Shown here: positions 36,401 to 47,900 of the stretch, one piece after another
Position numbering within the stretch: the stretch's first letter is position 1
Layout: each line of letters starts with the position of its first letter
Source: Eledone cirrhosa
Lineage: Eukaryota
DNA length: 64,000 nt
Assembly (NCBI GenBank): GCA_964016885.1
Contig: OZ024757.1
Span: 9,920,001-9,984,000 of the forward strand
Reading direction: 5' to 3'
The notes under the pieces: model-generated
Told to the model about the DNA's origin: nothing
Database searches by the model: none
Seen by the model: the letters and a program-made list of their open reading frames with translations, nothing else
Program-made: the position numbers and the translations under genes

Positions 36401-39400
36401 GGGTTAAGTTGGGATTAACTTAAGTTTGGGTTAAGTTAAGTTGGGGTTAAGTTAAGTTCGGATTGAGTCAAGTGTGGGGTTAAGTCAAGTTGGGGTTAAG
36501 TGAAGTTGGGTTTAAGTTAAGTTGGGGTTAAGTTAAGTTGGGGTTAAGTTAAGTTGGTGTTAAGTTAAGTTGGGGTTAAGGTAAGTTGGGTTTAAGTTAA
36601 GTTGGGGTTCAGTTAAGTTGGGGCTAAGTTAAGTTGGGGTTAAGTTGGGGTTAAGTTAATTTGGGGTTACGTTAAGTTGGGGTTAAGTTAAGTTGGGGGT
36701 AAGTTAAGTTAGGGGTAATTTAAGTTGGGGTTAAGTTAAGTTGGGGTTAAGGTAAGTTGGGGTTAAGTTAAGTTGGTGTTAAGTTAAGTTGGGGGTAAGT
36801 TAAGTTAGGGGTAAGTTAAGTTGGGGTTAAGTTAAGTCGGGGTTAAGTTAAGTTGGGGATAAGTTAAGTTGGGGTTAATTTAAGTTGGGGTTAAGTTATG
36901 TTGGGGTTAAGGTAAGTTGGGGTTAAGTTAAGTTGGGGTTAAGTTAAGTTGGGGTTACCTTAAGTTGGGGTTAAGTTAAGTTGGGGTTAAGTTAAGTTGG
37001 GGTTAAGTTAAGTTGGGGTTAAGTTAAGTTAGGGGTAAGTCAAGTTGGGGTTAAATCAAGTTGGGTTTAAGTTAAGTTGGGGTTCAGTTAAGTTGGGGCT
37101 AAGTTAAGTTGGGGTTAAGTTGGGGTTAAGTTAATTTGGGGTTTAGTTAAGTTGGGGTTAAGTTAAGTTGGGGGTAAGTTAAGTTAGGGGTAATTTAAGT
37201 TGGGGTTAAGTTAAGTTGGGGTTAAGGTAAGTTGGGGTTAAGTTAAGTTGGGGTTAAGTTAAGTTGGGGGTAAGTTAAGTTAGGGGTAAGTTAAGTTGGG
37301 GTTAAGTTAAGTCGGGGTTAAGTTAAGTTGGGATTAAGTCAAGTTGGGGTTAAGTCAAGTTGGGGTTAAGTCAAGTTGGGGTTAAGTCAAGTTTGGGTTA
37401 AGTTAAGTTGGGGTTAAGTTAAGTTGGGGTTAAGTTAAGTTGGGATTGAGTCAAGTTGGGGTTAAGTTAAGTTGGGGTTAAGTCAAGTTGGGGTTAAATC
37501 AAGTTGGGTTTAAGTTAAGTTGGGGTTAAGTTAAGTTGGGGTTAAGTTAAGTTGGTGTTAAGTTGAGTTGGGGTTAAGTTAAGTTGGGGTTAAGTTAATA
37601 TGGGGTTAAGTTAAGTTGGGGTTAAGTTAAGTTGGGGTTAAGTCAAGTTGGGGTTAAGTCAAGTTGGGTTTAAGTTAAGTTGGGGTTAAGTTAAGTTGGG
37701 GTTAAGTTAAGTTGGTGTTAAGTTGAGTTGGGGTTAAGTTAAGTTGGGGTTAAGTTAATATGGGGTTAAGTTAAGTTGGGGTTAAGTTAAGTTGGGGTTA
37801 AGTCAAGTTGGGGTTAAGTCAAGTTGGGGTTAAGTTAAGTTGGGGTTAAGTTAAGTTGGGGTTAAGTTAAGTTGGGGGTAAGTTAATTAAGTCGGGGGTA
37901 ATTTAAGTTGGGGGTAAGTTAAGCTGGGGTTAAGTTAAATTGGGGTTAAGTTAAGTTGGGGTTAAGTTAAGTAGGGGTTAAGTTAAGTTGGGGTTAAGTT
38001 GGGGTTAAGTTAAGTTGGGGTTAAGTTAATTTGGGGTTAAGTTAAGTTGGGGTTAAGTTAAGTTGGGGTTAAGTTAAGTTGGGGTTAAGTTAAGTTGGGG
38101 GTAAGTTAAGTTAGGGGTAATTTAAGTTGGGGTTAAGTTAAGTTGGGGTTAAGTTAAGTTGGGGTTAAGGTAAGTTGGGGTTAAGTTAAGTTGGGGTTAA
38201 GTTAAGTTGGGGTTAAGTTAAGTTGGGTTTAAGTTAAGTTGGGATTAAATCAAGTTGGGGTTAAGTCAAGTTGGGGTTAAGTCAAGTTGGGGTTAATTCA
38301 AGTTGGGGTTAAGTCAAGTTGGGATTAAGTCAAGTTGGGGTTAAGTCAAGTTGGGGTTAAGTTAAGTTGGGGTTAAGTTAAGTTGGGGTTAAGTTAAGTT
38401 GGGTTTAAGTTAAGTTGGGGTTAAGTTAAGTAGGGGTTAAGTTAAGTTGGGATTAAGTTGGGGTTAAGTTGGGGTTAAGTTAAGTTGGGTTAAGTTAAGT
38501 TGGGGTTAATTAAGTTGGGGGTAAGTTAAGTTAGGGGTAAGTTAAGTTGGGGTTAATTTAAGTTGGGGTTAAGTTAAGTTGGGGTTAAGTTAAGTTGGGG
38601 TTAAGTTAAGTTGGGGTTAATTTAAGTTGGGGTTAAGTTAAGTTGGGGTTAAGGTAAGTTGGGGTTAAGTTAAGTTGGGGTTAAGTTAAGTTGGGGTTAC
38701 GTTAAGTTGGGGTTAAGTTAAGTTGGGGTTAAGTTAAGTTGGGGTTAAGGTAAGTTGGGGTTAAGTTAAGTTGGGGTTAAGTTAAGTTGGGGTTACGTTA
38801 AGTTGGGGTTAAGTTAAGTTGGGGTTAAGTTAAGTTGGGATTAAGTCAAGTTGGTGTTAAGTCAAGTTGGGGTTAAGTCAAGTTGGGGTTAAGTCAAGTT
38901 GGGGTTAAGTCAAGTTTGGGTTAAGTTAAGTTGGGGTTAAGTTAAGTGGGGGTTAAGTTAACTTGGGGTTAAGTTAAGTTGGGGCTAATTTAAGTTGGTG
39001 TTAATTTAAGTTGGGGTTAAGTTAAGTTGGGGTTAAGTTAAGTTGGGGTTAAATTAAGCTGGGGTTAACTTAAGTAGGGGTTAAGTTAAGTTGGGTTAAG
39101 TTGGGATTAACTTAAATTTGGGTTAAGTTAAGTTGGGGTTAAGTTAAGTTCGGATTGAGTCAAGTGTGGGGTCAAGTCAAGTTGGGGTTAAGTCAAGTTG
39201 GGTTTAAGTTAAGTTGGGGTTAAGTTAAGTTGGGGTTAAGTTAAGTTGGTGTTAAGTTAAGTTGGGGTTAAGTTAAGTTGGGGTTAAGTTAATATGGGGT
39301 TAAGTTAAGTTGGGGTTAAGTTAAGTTGGGGTTAAGTCAAGTTGGGGTTAAGTCAAGTTGGGGTTAAGTTAAGTTGGGGTTAAGTTAAGTTGGGGTTAAG

Positions 39401-41695
39401 TTAAGTTGGGGGTAAGTTAATTAAGTCGGGGGTAATTTAAGTTGGGGGTAAGTTAAGCTGGGGTTAAGTTAAATTGGGGTTAAGTTAAGTTGGGGTTAAG
39501 TTAAGTAGGGGTTAAGTTAAGTTGGGGTTAAGTTGGGGTTAAGTTAAGTTGGGGTTAAGTTAATTTGGGGTTAAGTTAAGTTGGGGTTAAGTTGGGGTTA
39601 AGTTAAGTTGGGGTTAAGTTGGGGTTAAGTTAAGTTGGGGTTAAGTTAAGTTGGGGTTAAGTTAAGTTGGGGGTAAGTTAAGTTAGGGGTAATTTAAGTT
39701 GGGGTTAAGTTAAGTTGGGGTTAAGTTAAGTTGGGGTTAAGGTAAGTTGGGGTTAAGTTAAGTTGGGGTTAAGTTAAGTTGGGGTTAAGTTAAGTTGGGT
39801 TTAAGTTAAGTTGGGATTAAATCAAGTTGGGGTTAAGTCAAGTTGGGGTTAAGTCAAGTTGGGGTTAATTCAAGTTGGGGTTAAGTCAAGTTGGGATTAA
39901 GTCAAGTTGGGGTTAAGTCAAGTTGGGGTTAAGTTAAGTTGGGGTTAAGTTAAGTTGGGGTTAAGTTAAGTTGGGTTTAAGTTAAGTTGGGGTTAAGTTA
40001 AGTAGGGGTTAAGTTAAGTTGGGGTTAAGTTGGGGTTAAGTTAAGTTGGGGTTAAGTTGGGTTAAGTTAAGTTGGGGTTAATTAAGTTGGGGGTAAGTTA
40101 AGTTAGGGGTAAGTTAAGTTGGGGTTAATTTAAGTTGGGGTTAAGTTAAGTTGGGGTTAAGTTAAGTTGGGGTTAAGTTAAGTTGGGGTTAATTTAAGTT
40201 GGGTTTAAGTTAAGTTGGGGTTAAGGTAAGTTGGGGTTAAGTTAAGTTGGGGTTAAGTTAAGTTGGGGTTACGTTAAGTTGGGGTTAAGTTAAGTTGGGG
40301 TTAAGTTAAGTTGGGATTAAGTCAAGTTGGTGTTAAGTCAAGTTGGGGTTAAGTCAAGTTGGGGTTAAGTCAAGTTGGGGTTAAGTCAAGTTTGGGTTAA
40401 GTTAAGTTGGGGTTAAGTTAAGCGGGGGTTATGTTAACTTGGGGTTAAGTTAAGTTGGGGCTAATTTAAGTTGGTGTTAATTTAAGTTGGGGTTAAGTTA
40501 AGTTGGGGTTAAGTTAAGTTGGGGTTAAATTAAGCTGGGGTTAACTTAAGTAGGGGTTAAGTTAAGTTGGGTTAAGTTGGGATTAACTTAAGTTTGGGTT
40601 AAGTTAAGTTGGGGTTAAGTTAAGTTCGGATTGAGTCAAGTGTGGGGTTAAGTCAAGTTGGGGTTAAGTGAAGTTGGGTTTAAGTTAAGTTGGGGTTAAG
40701 TTAAGTTGGGGTTAAGTTAAGTTGGTGTTAAGTTAAGTTGGGGTTAAGGTAAGTTGGGTTTAAGTTAAGTTGGGGTTCAGTTAAGTTGGGGCTAAGTTAA
40801 GTTGGGGTTAAGTTGGGGTTAAGTTAATTTGGGGTTACGTTAAGTTGGGGTTAAGTTAAGTTGGGGGTAAGTTAAGTTAGGGGTAATTTAAGTTGGGGTT
40901 AAGTTAAGTTGGGGTTAAGGTAAGTTGGGGTTAAGTTAAGTTGGTGTTAAGTTAAGTTGGGGGTAAGTTAAGTTAGGGGTAAGTTAAGTTGGGGTTAAGT
41001 TAAGTCGGGGTTAAGTTAAGTTGGGGATAAGTTAAGTTGGGGTTAATTTAAGTTGGGGTTAAGTTATGTTGGGGTTAAGGTAAGTTGGGGTTAAGTTAAG
41101 TTGGGGTTAAGTTAAGTTGGGGTTACCTTAAGTTGGGGTTAAGTTAAGTTGGGGTTAAGTTAAGTTGGGGTTAAGTTAAGTTGGGGTTAAGTTAAGTTAG
41201 GGGTAAGTCAAGTTGGGGTTAAATCAAGTTGGGTTTAAGTTAAGTTGGGGTTCAGTTAAGTTGGGGCTAAGTTAAGTTGGGGTTAAGTTGGGGTTAAGTT
41301 AATTTGGGGTTTAGTTAAGTTGGGGTTAAGTTAAGTTGGGGGTAAGTTAAGTTAGGGGTAATTTAAGTTGGGGTTAAGTTAAGTTGGGGTTAAGGTAAGT
41401 TGGGGTTAAGTTAAGTTGGGGTTAAGTTAAGTTGGGGGTAAGTTAAGTTAGGGGTAAGTTAAGTTGGGGTTAAGTTAAGTCGGGGTTAAGTTAAGTTGGG
41501 ATTAAGTCAAGTTGGGGTTAAGTCAAGTTGGGGTTAAGTCAAGTTGGGGTTAAGTCAAGTTTGGGTTAAGTTAAGTTGGGGTTAAGTTAAGTTGGGGTTA
41601 AGTTAAGTTGGGATTGAGTCAAGTTGGGGTTAAGTTAAGTTGGGGTTAAGTCAAGTTGGGGTTAAATCAAGTTGGGTTTAAGTTAAGTTGGGGTT
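33490..41695 (+). repeat. Tandem duplication with 4168-bp period
   Basis: Marker pairs 34983/39151 and 36459/40627, and the GTTGAG variant at 33557/37725, are all offset 4168. Both copies share a 144-bp deletion after GTCGGGG (~37325 and ~41490). Confidence 0.85.
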
Positions 41696-44600
41696 CAGTT
41701 AAGTTGGGGCTAAGTTAAGTTGGGGTTAAGTTGGGGTTAAGTTAAGTTGGGGTTAAGTTAAGTTGGGGTTAAGTTAAGTTGGGGGTAAGTTAAGTTAGGG
41801 GTAATTTAAGTTGGGGTTAAGTTAAGTTGGGGTTAAGGTAAGTTGGGGTTAAATTAAGTTGGGGTTAAGTTAAGTTGGGGTTAAGTTAAGTTGGGTTTAA
41901 GTTAAGTTGGGATTAAGTCAAGTTGGGGTTAAGTCAAGTTGGGGTTAAGTCAAGTTGGGGTTAATTCAAGTTGGGGTTAAGTCAAGTTGGGATTAAGTCA
42001 AGTTGGGGTTAAGTCAAGTTGGGGTTAAGTTAAGTAGGGGTTAAGTTAAGTTGGGGTTAAGTTAAGTTGGGTTTAAGTTAAGTTGGGGTTAAGTTAAGTA
42101 GGGGTTAAGTTAAGTTGGGGTTAAGTTGGGGTTAAGTTAAGTTGGGGTTAAGTTAAGTTGGGTTAAGTTAAGTTGGGGTTAATTAAGTTGGGGGTAAGTT
42201 AAGTTAGGGGTAAGTTAAGTTGGGGTTAATTTAAGTTGGGGTTAAGTTAAGTTGGGGTTAAGTTAAGTTGGGGTTAAGTTAAGTTGGGGTTAATTTAAGT
42301 TGGGGTTAAGTTAAGTTGGGGTTAAGGTAAGTTGGGGTTAAGTTAAGTTGGGGTTAAGTTAAGTTGGGGTTACGTTAAGTTGGGGTTAAGTTAAGTTGGG
42401 GTTAAGTTAAGTTGGGATTAAGTCAAGTTGGTGTTAAGTCAAGTTGGGGTTAAGTCAAGTTGGGGTTAAGTCAAGTTGGGGTTAAGTCAAGTTTGGGTTA
42501 AGTTAAGTTGGGGTTAAGTTAAGTTGGGGTTAAGTTAAGTGGGGGTTAAGTTAACTTGGGGTTAAGTTAAGTTGGGGCTAATTTAAGTTGGTGTTAATTT
42601 AAGTTGGGGTTAAGTTAAGTTGGGGTTAAGTTAAGTTGGGGTTAAATTAAGCTGGGTTTAACTTAAGCAGGGGTTAAGTTAAGTTGGGTTAAGTTGGGAT
42701 TAACTTAAGTTTGGGTTAAGTTAAGTTGGGGTTAAGTTAAGTTCGGATTGAGTCAAGTGTGGGGTTAAGTCAAGTTGGGGTTAAGTCAAGTTGGGTTTAA
42801 GTTAAGTTGGGGTTAAGTTAAGTTGGGGTTAAGTTAAGTTGGTGTTAAGTTAAGTTGGGGTTAAGTTAAGTTGGGGTTAAGTTAATATGGGGTTAAGTTA
42901 AGTTGGGGTTAAGTTAAGTTGGGGTTAAGTCAAGTTGGGGTTAAGTCAAGTTGGGGTTAAGTTAAGTTGGGGTTAAGTTAAGTTGGGGTTAAGTTAAGTT
43001 GGGGGTAAGTTAATTAAATCGGGGGTAATTTAAGTTGGGGGTAAGTTAAGCTGGGGTTAAGTTAAGTTGGGGTTAAGTTAAGTTGGGGTTAAGTTAAGTA
43101 GGGGTTAAGTTAAGTTGGGGTTAAGTTGGGGTTAAGTTAAGTTGGGGTTAAGTTAATTTGGGGTTAAGTTAAGTTGGGGTTAAGTTAAGTTGGGGTTAAG
43201 TTAAGTTGGGGGTAAGTTAAGTTAGGGGTAAGTTAAGTTGGGGTTAAGTTAAGTTGGGGTTAAGTTAAGTTGGGGATAAGTTAAGTTGGGGTTAATTTAA
43301 GTTGGGGTTAAGTTAAGTTGGGGTTAAGGTAAGTTGGGGCTAAGTTAAGTTGGGGTTAAATTAAGTTGGGGTTAAGTTAAGTTGGGGTTAAGTTAAGTTG
43401 GGGTTAAGTTAAGTTGGGATTAAGTCAAGTTGGGGTTAAGTCAAGTTGGGGTTAAGTCAAGTTGGGGTTAAGTCAAGTTTGGGTTAAGTTAAGTTGGGGT
43501 TAAGTTAAGTTGGGGTTAAGTTAAGTTGGGGTAAGTTAAGTTGGAATTAAGTCAAGTTGGGGTTAAATCAAGTTGGGGTTAAGTCAAGTTGGGTTTAAGT
43601 TAAGTTGGGGTTCAGTTAAGTTGGGGCTAAGTTAAGTTGGGGTTAAGTTGGGGTTAAGTTAAGTTGGGGTTAAATCAAGTTGGGGTTAACTCAAGTTGGA
43701 GTTAAGTCAAGTTGGGGTTAAGTCAAGTTGGGATTAAGTCAAGTTGGGGTTAAGTCAAGTTGGGGTTAAGTTAAGTTGGGGTTAAGTTAAGTTGGGGTTA
43801 AGTTAAGTTGGGGTTAAATTAAGTTGGGGGTAAGTTAATTAAGTCGGGGGTAATTTAAGTTGGGGGTAATTTAAGCTGGGGTTAAGTTAAGTTGGGGTTA
43901 AGTTAAGTTGGGGTTAAGTTAAGTAGGGGTTAAGTTAAGTTGGGGTTAAGTTGGGGTTAAGTTAAGTTGGGGTTAAGTTAATTTGGGGTTAAGTTAAGTT
44001 GGGGTTAAGTTAAGTTGGGGTTAAGTTAAGTTGGGGATAAGTTAAGTTGGGGTTAATTTAAGTTGGGGTTAAGTTATGTTGGGGTTAAGGTAAGTTGGGG
44101 TTAAGTTAAGTTGGGGTTAAGTTAAGTTGGGGTTACGTTAAGTTGGGGTTAAGTTAAGTTGGGGTTAAGTTAAGTTGGGATTAAGTCAAGTTGGGGGTTA
44201 AGTCAAGTTGGGGTTAAGTCAAGTTGGGGTTAAATCAAGTTTGGGTTAAGTTAAGTTGGGGTTAAGTTAAGTTGGGGTTAAGTTAATTTAGGTGTAATTT
44301 AAGTTGGGGTTAGGTTAAGTTGGGGTTAAGGTAAGTTGGGGTTAAGTTAAGTTGGGGTTAAGTTAAGTTGGGGGTAAGTTAAGTTAGGGGTAAGTCAAGT
44401 TGGGGTTAAATCAAGTTGGGTTTAAGTTAAGTTGGGGTTCAGTTAAGTTGGGGCTAAGTTAAGTTGGGGTTAAGTTGGGGTTAAGTTAAGTTGGGGTTAA
44501 GTTAAGTTGGGGTTAAGGTAAGTTGGGGTTAAGTTAAGTTGGGGTTAAGTTAAGTTGGGGGTAAGTTAAGTTAGGGGTAAGTCAAGTTGGGGTTAAATCA

Positions 44601-44999
44601 AGTTGGGTTTAAGTTAAGTTGGGGTTCAGTTAAGTTGGGGCTAAGTTAAGTTGGGGTTAAGTTGGGGTTAAGTAAAGTTGGGGTTAAGTTAAGTTGGGGT
44701 TAAGTTAAGTTGGGGGTAAGTTAAGTTAGGGGTAATTTAAGTTGGGGTTAAGTTAAGTTGGGGTTAAGTTAAGTTGGGGTTAAGGTAAGTTGGGGTTAAG
44801 TTAAGTTGGGGTTAAGTTAAGTTGGAGTTAAGTTAAGTTGGGTTTAAGTTAAGTTGGGATTAAATCAAGTTGGGGTTAAGTCAAGTTGGGGTTAAGTCAA
44901 GTTGGGGTTAATTCAAGTTGGGGTTAAGTCAAGTTGGGATTAAGTCAAGTTGGGGTTAAGTCAAGTTGGGGTTAAGTTAAGTTGGGGTTAAGTTAAGTT

Positions 45000-47900
45000 G
45001 GGGTTAAGTTAAGTTGGGTTTAAGTTAAGTTGGGGTTAAGTTAAGTAGGGGTTAAGTTAAGTTGGGGTTAAGTTGGGGTTAAGTTAAGTTGGGGTTAATT
45101 AAGTTGGGGGTAAGTTAAGTTAGGGGTAAGTTAAGTTGGGGTTAATTTAAGTTGGGGTTAAGTTAAGTTGGGGTTAAGTTAAGTTGGGGTTAAGTTAAGT
45201 TGGGGTTAATTTAAGTTGGGGTTAAGTTAAGTTGGGGTTAAGGTAAGTTGGGGTTAAGTTAAGTTGGGGTTAAGTTAAGTTGGGGTTACGTTAAGTTGGG
45301 GTTAAGTTAAGTTGGGGTTAAGTTAAGTTGGGATTAAGTCAAGTTGGTGTTAAGTCAAGTTGGGGTTAAGTCAAGTTGGGGTTAAGTCAAGTTGGGGTTA
45401 AGTCAAGTTTGGGTTAAGTTAAGTTGGGGTTAAGTTAAGTGGGGGTTAAGTTAACTTGGGGTTAAGTTAAGTTGGGGCTAATTTAAGTTGGTGTTAATTT
45501 AAGTTGGGGTTAAGTTAAGTTGGGGTTAAGTTAAGTTGGGGTTAAATTAAGCTGGGGTTAACTTAAGTAGGGGTTAAGTTAAGTTGGGTTAAGTTGGGAT
45601 TAACTTAAATTTGGGTTAAGTTAAGTTGGGGTTAAGTTAAGTTCGGATTGAGTCAAGTGTGGGGTCAAGTCAAGTTGGGGTTAAGTCAAGTTGGGTTTAA
45701 GTTAAGTTGGGGTTAAGTTAAGTTGGGGTTAAGTTAAGTTGGTGTTAAGTTAAGTTGGGGTTAAGTTAAGTTGGGGTTAAGTTAATATGGGGTTAAGTTA
45801 AGTTGGGGTTAAGTTAAGTTGGGGTTAAGTCAAGTTGGGGTTAAGTCAAGTTGGGGTTAAGTTAAGTTGGGGTTAAGTTAAGTTGGGGTTAAGTTAAGTT
45901 GGGGGTAAGTTAATTAAGTCGGGGGTAATTTAAGTTGGGGGTAAGTTAAGCTGGGGTTAAGTTAAATTGGGGTTAAGTTAAGTTGGGGTTAAGTTAAGTA
46001 GGGGTTAAGTTAAGTTGGGGTTAAGTTGGGGTTAAGTTAAGTTGGGGTTAAGTTAATTTGGGGTTAAGTTAAGTTGGGGTTAAGTTGGGGTTAAGTTAAG
46101 TTGGGGTTAAGTTGGGGTTAAGTTAAGTTGGGGTTAAGTTAAGTTGGGGTTAAGTTAAGTTGGGGGTAAGTTAAGTTAGGGGTAATTTAAGTTGGGGTTA
46201 AGTTAAGTTGGGGTTAAGTTAAGTTGGGGTTAAGGTAAGTTGGGGTTAAGTTAAGTTGGGGTTAAGTTAAGTTGGGGTTAAGTTAAGTTGGGTTTAAGTT
46301 AAGTTGGGATTAAATCAAGTTGGGGTTAAGTCAAGTTGGGGTTAAGTCAAGTTGGGGTTAATTCAAGTTGGGGTTAAGTCAAGTTGGGATTAAGTCAAGT
46401 TGGGGTTAAGTCAAGTTGGGGTTAAGTTAAGTTGGGGTTAAGTTAAGTTTGGGTTAAGTTAAGTTGGGTTTAAGTTAAGTTGGGGTTAAGTTAAGTAGGG
46501 GTTAAGTTAAGTTGGGGTTAAGTTGGGGTTAAGTTAAGTTGGGGTTAAGTTGGGTTAAGTTAAGTTGGGGTTAATTAAGTTGGGGGTAAGTTAAGTTAGG
46601 GGTAAGTTAAGTTGGGGTTAATTTAAGTTGGGGTTAAGTTAAGTAGGGGTTAAGTTAAGTTGGGGTTAAGTTAAGTTGGGGTTAATTTAAGTTGGGGTTA
46701 AGTTAAGTTGGGGTTAAGGTAAGTTGGGGTTAAGTTAAGTTGGGGTTAAGTTAAGTTGGGGTTACGTTAAGTTGGGGTTAAGTTAAGTTGGGGTTAAGTT
46801 AAGTTGGGATTAAGTCAAGTTGGTGTTAAGTCAAGTTGGGGTTAAGTCAAGTAGGGGTTAAGTCAAGTTGGGGTTAAGTCAAGTTTGGGTTAAGTTAAGT
46901 TGGGGTTAAGTTAAGCGGGGGTTATGTTAACTTGGGGTTAAGTTAAGTTGGGGCTAATTTAAGTTGGTGTTAATTTAAGTTGGGGTTAAGTTAAGTTGGG
47001 GTTAAGTTAAGTTGGGGTTAAATTAAGCTGGGGTTAACTTAAGTAGGGGTTAAGTTAAGTTGGGTTAAGTTGGGATTAACTTAAGTTTGGGTTAAGTTAA
47101 GTTGGGGTTAAGTTAAGTTCGGATTGAGTCAAGTGTGGGGTTAAGTCAAGTTGGGGTTAAGTGAAGTTGGGTTTAAGTTAAGTTGGGGTTAAGTTAAGTT
47201 GGGGTTAAGTTAAGTTGGTGTTAAGTTAAGTTGGGGTTAAGTTAAGTTGGGGTTAAGTTAATATGGGGTTAAGTTAAGTTGGGGTTAAGTTAAGTTGGGG
47301 TTAAGTCAAGTTGGGGTTAAGTCAAGTTGGGGTTAAGTTAAGTTGGGGTTAAGTTAAGTTGGGGTTAAGTTAAGTTGGGGGTAAGTTAATTAAGTCGGGG
47401 GTAATTTAAGTTGGGGGTAAGTTAAGCTGGGGTTAAGTTAAATTGGGGTTAAGTTAAGTTGGGGTTAAGTTAAGTAGGGGTTAAGTTAAGTTGGGGTTAA
47501 GTTGGGGTTAAGTTAAGTTGGGGTTAAGTTAATTTGGGGTTAAGTTAAGTTGGGGGTAAGTTAAGTTAGGGGTAAGTTAAGTTGGGGTTAAGTTAAGTTG
47601 GGGTTAAGTTAAGTTGGGGATAAGTTAAGTTGGGGTTAATTTAAGTTGGGGTTAAGTTAAGTTGGGGTTAAGGTAAGTTGGGGTTAAGTTAAGTTGGGGT
47701 TAAGTTAAGTTGGGGTTACGTTAAGTTGGGGTTAAGTTAAGTTGGGGTTAAGTTAAGTTGGGATTAAGTCAAGTTGGGGTTAAGTCAAGTTGGGGTTAAG
47801 TCAAGTTGGGATTAAGTCAAGTTGGGGTTAAGTCAAGTTGGGGTTAAGTTAAGTTGGGGTTAATTTAAGTTGGGGTTAAGTTAAGTTGGGGTTAAATTAA

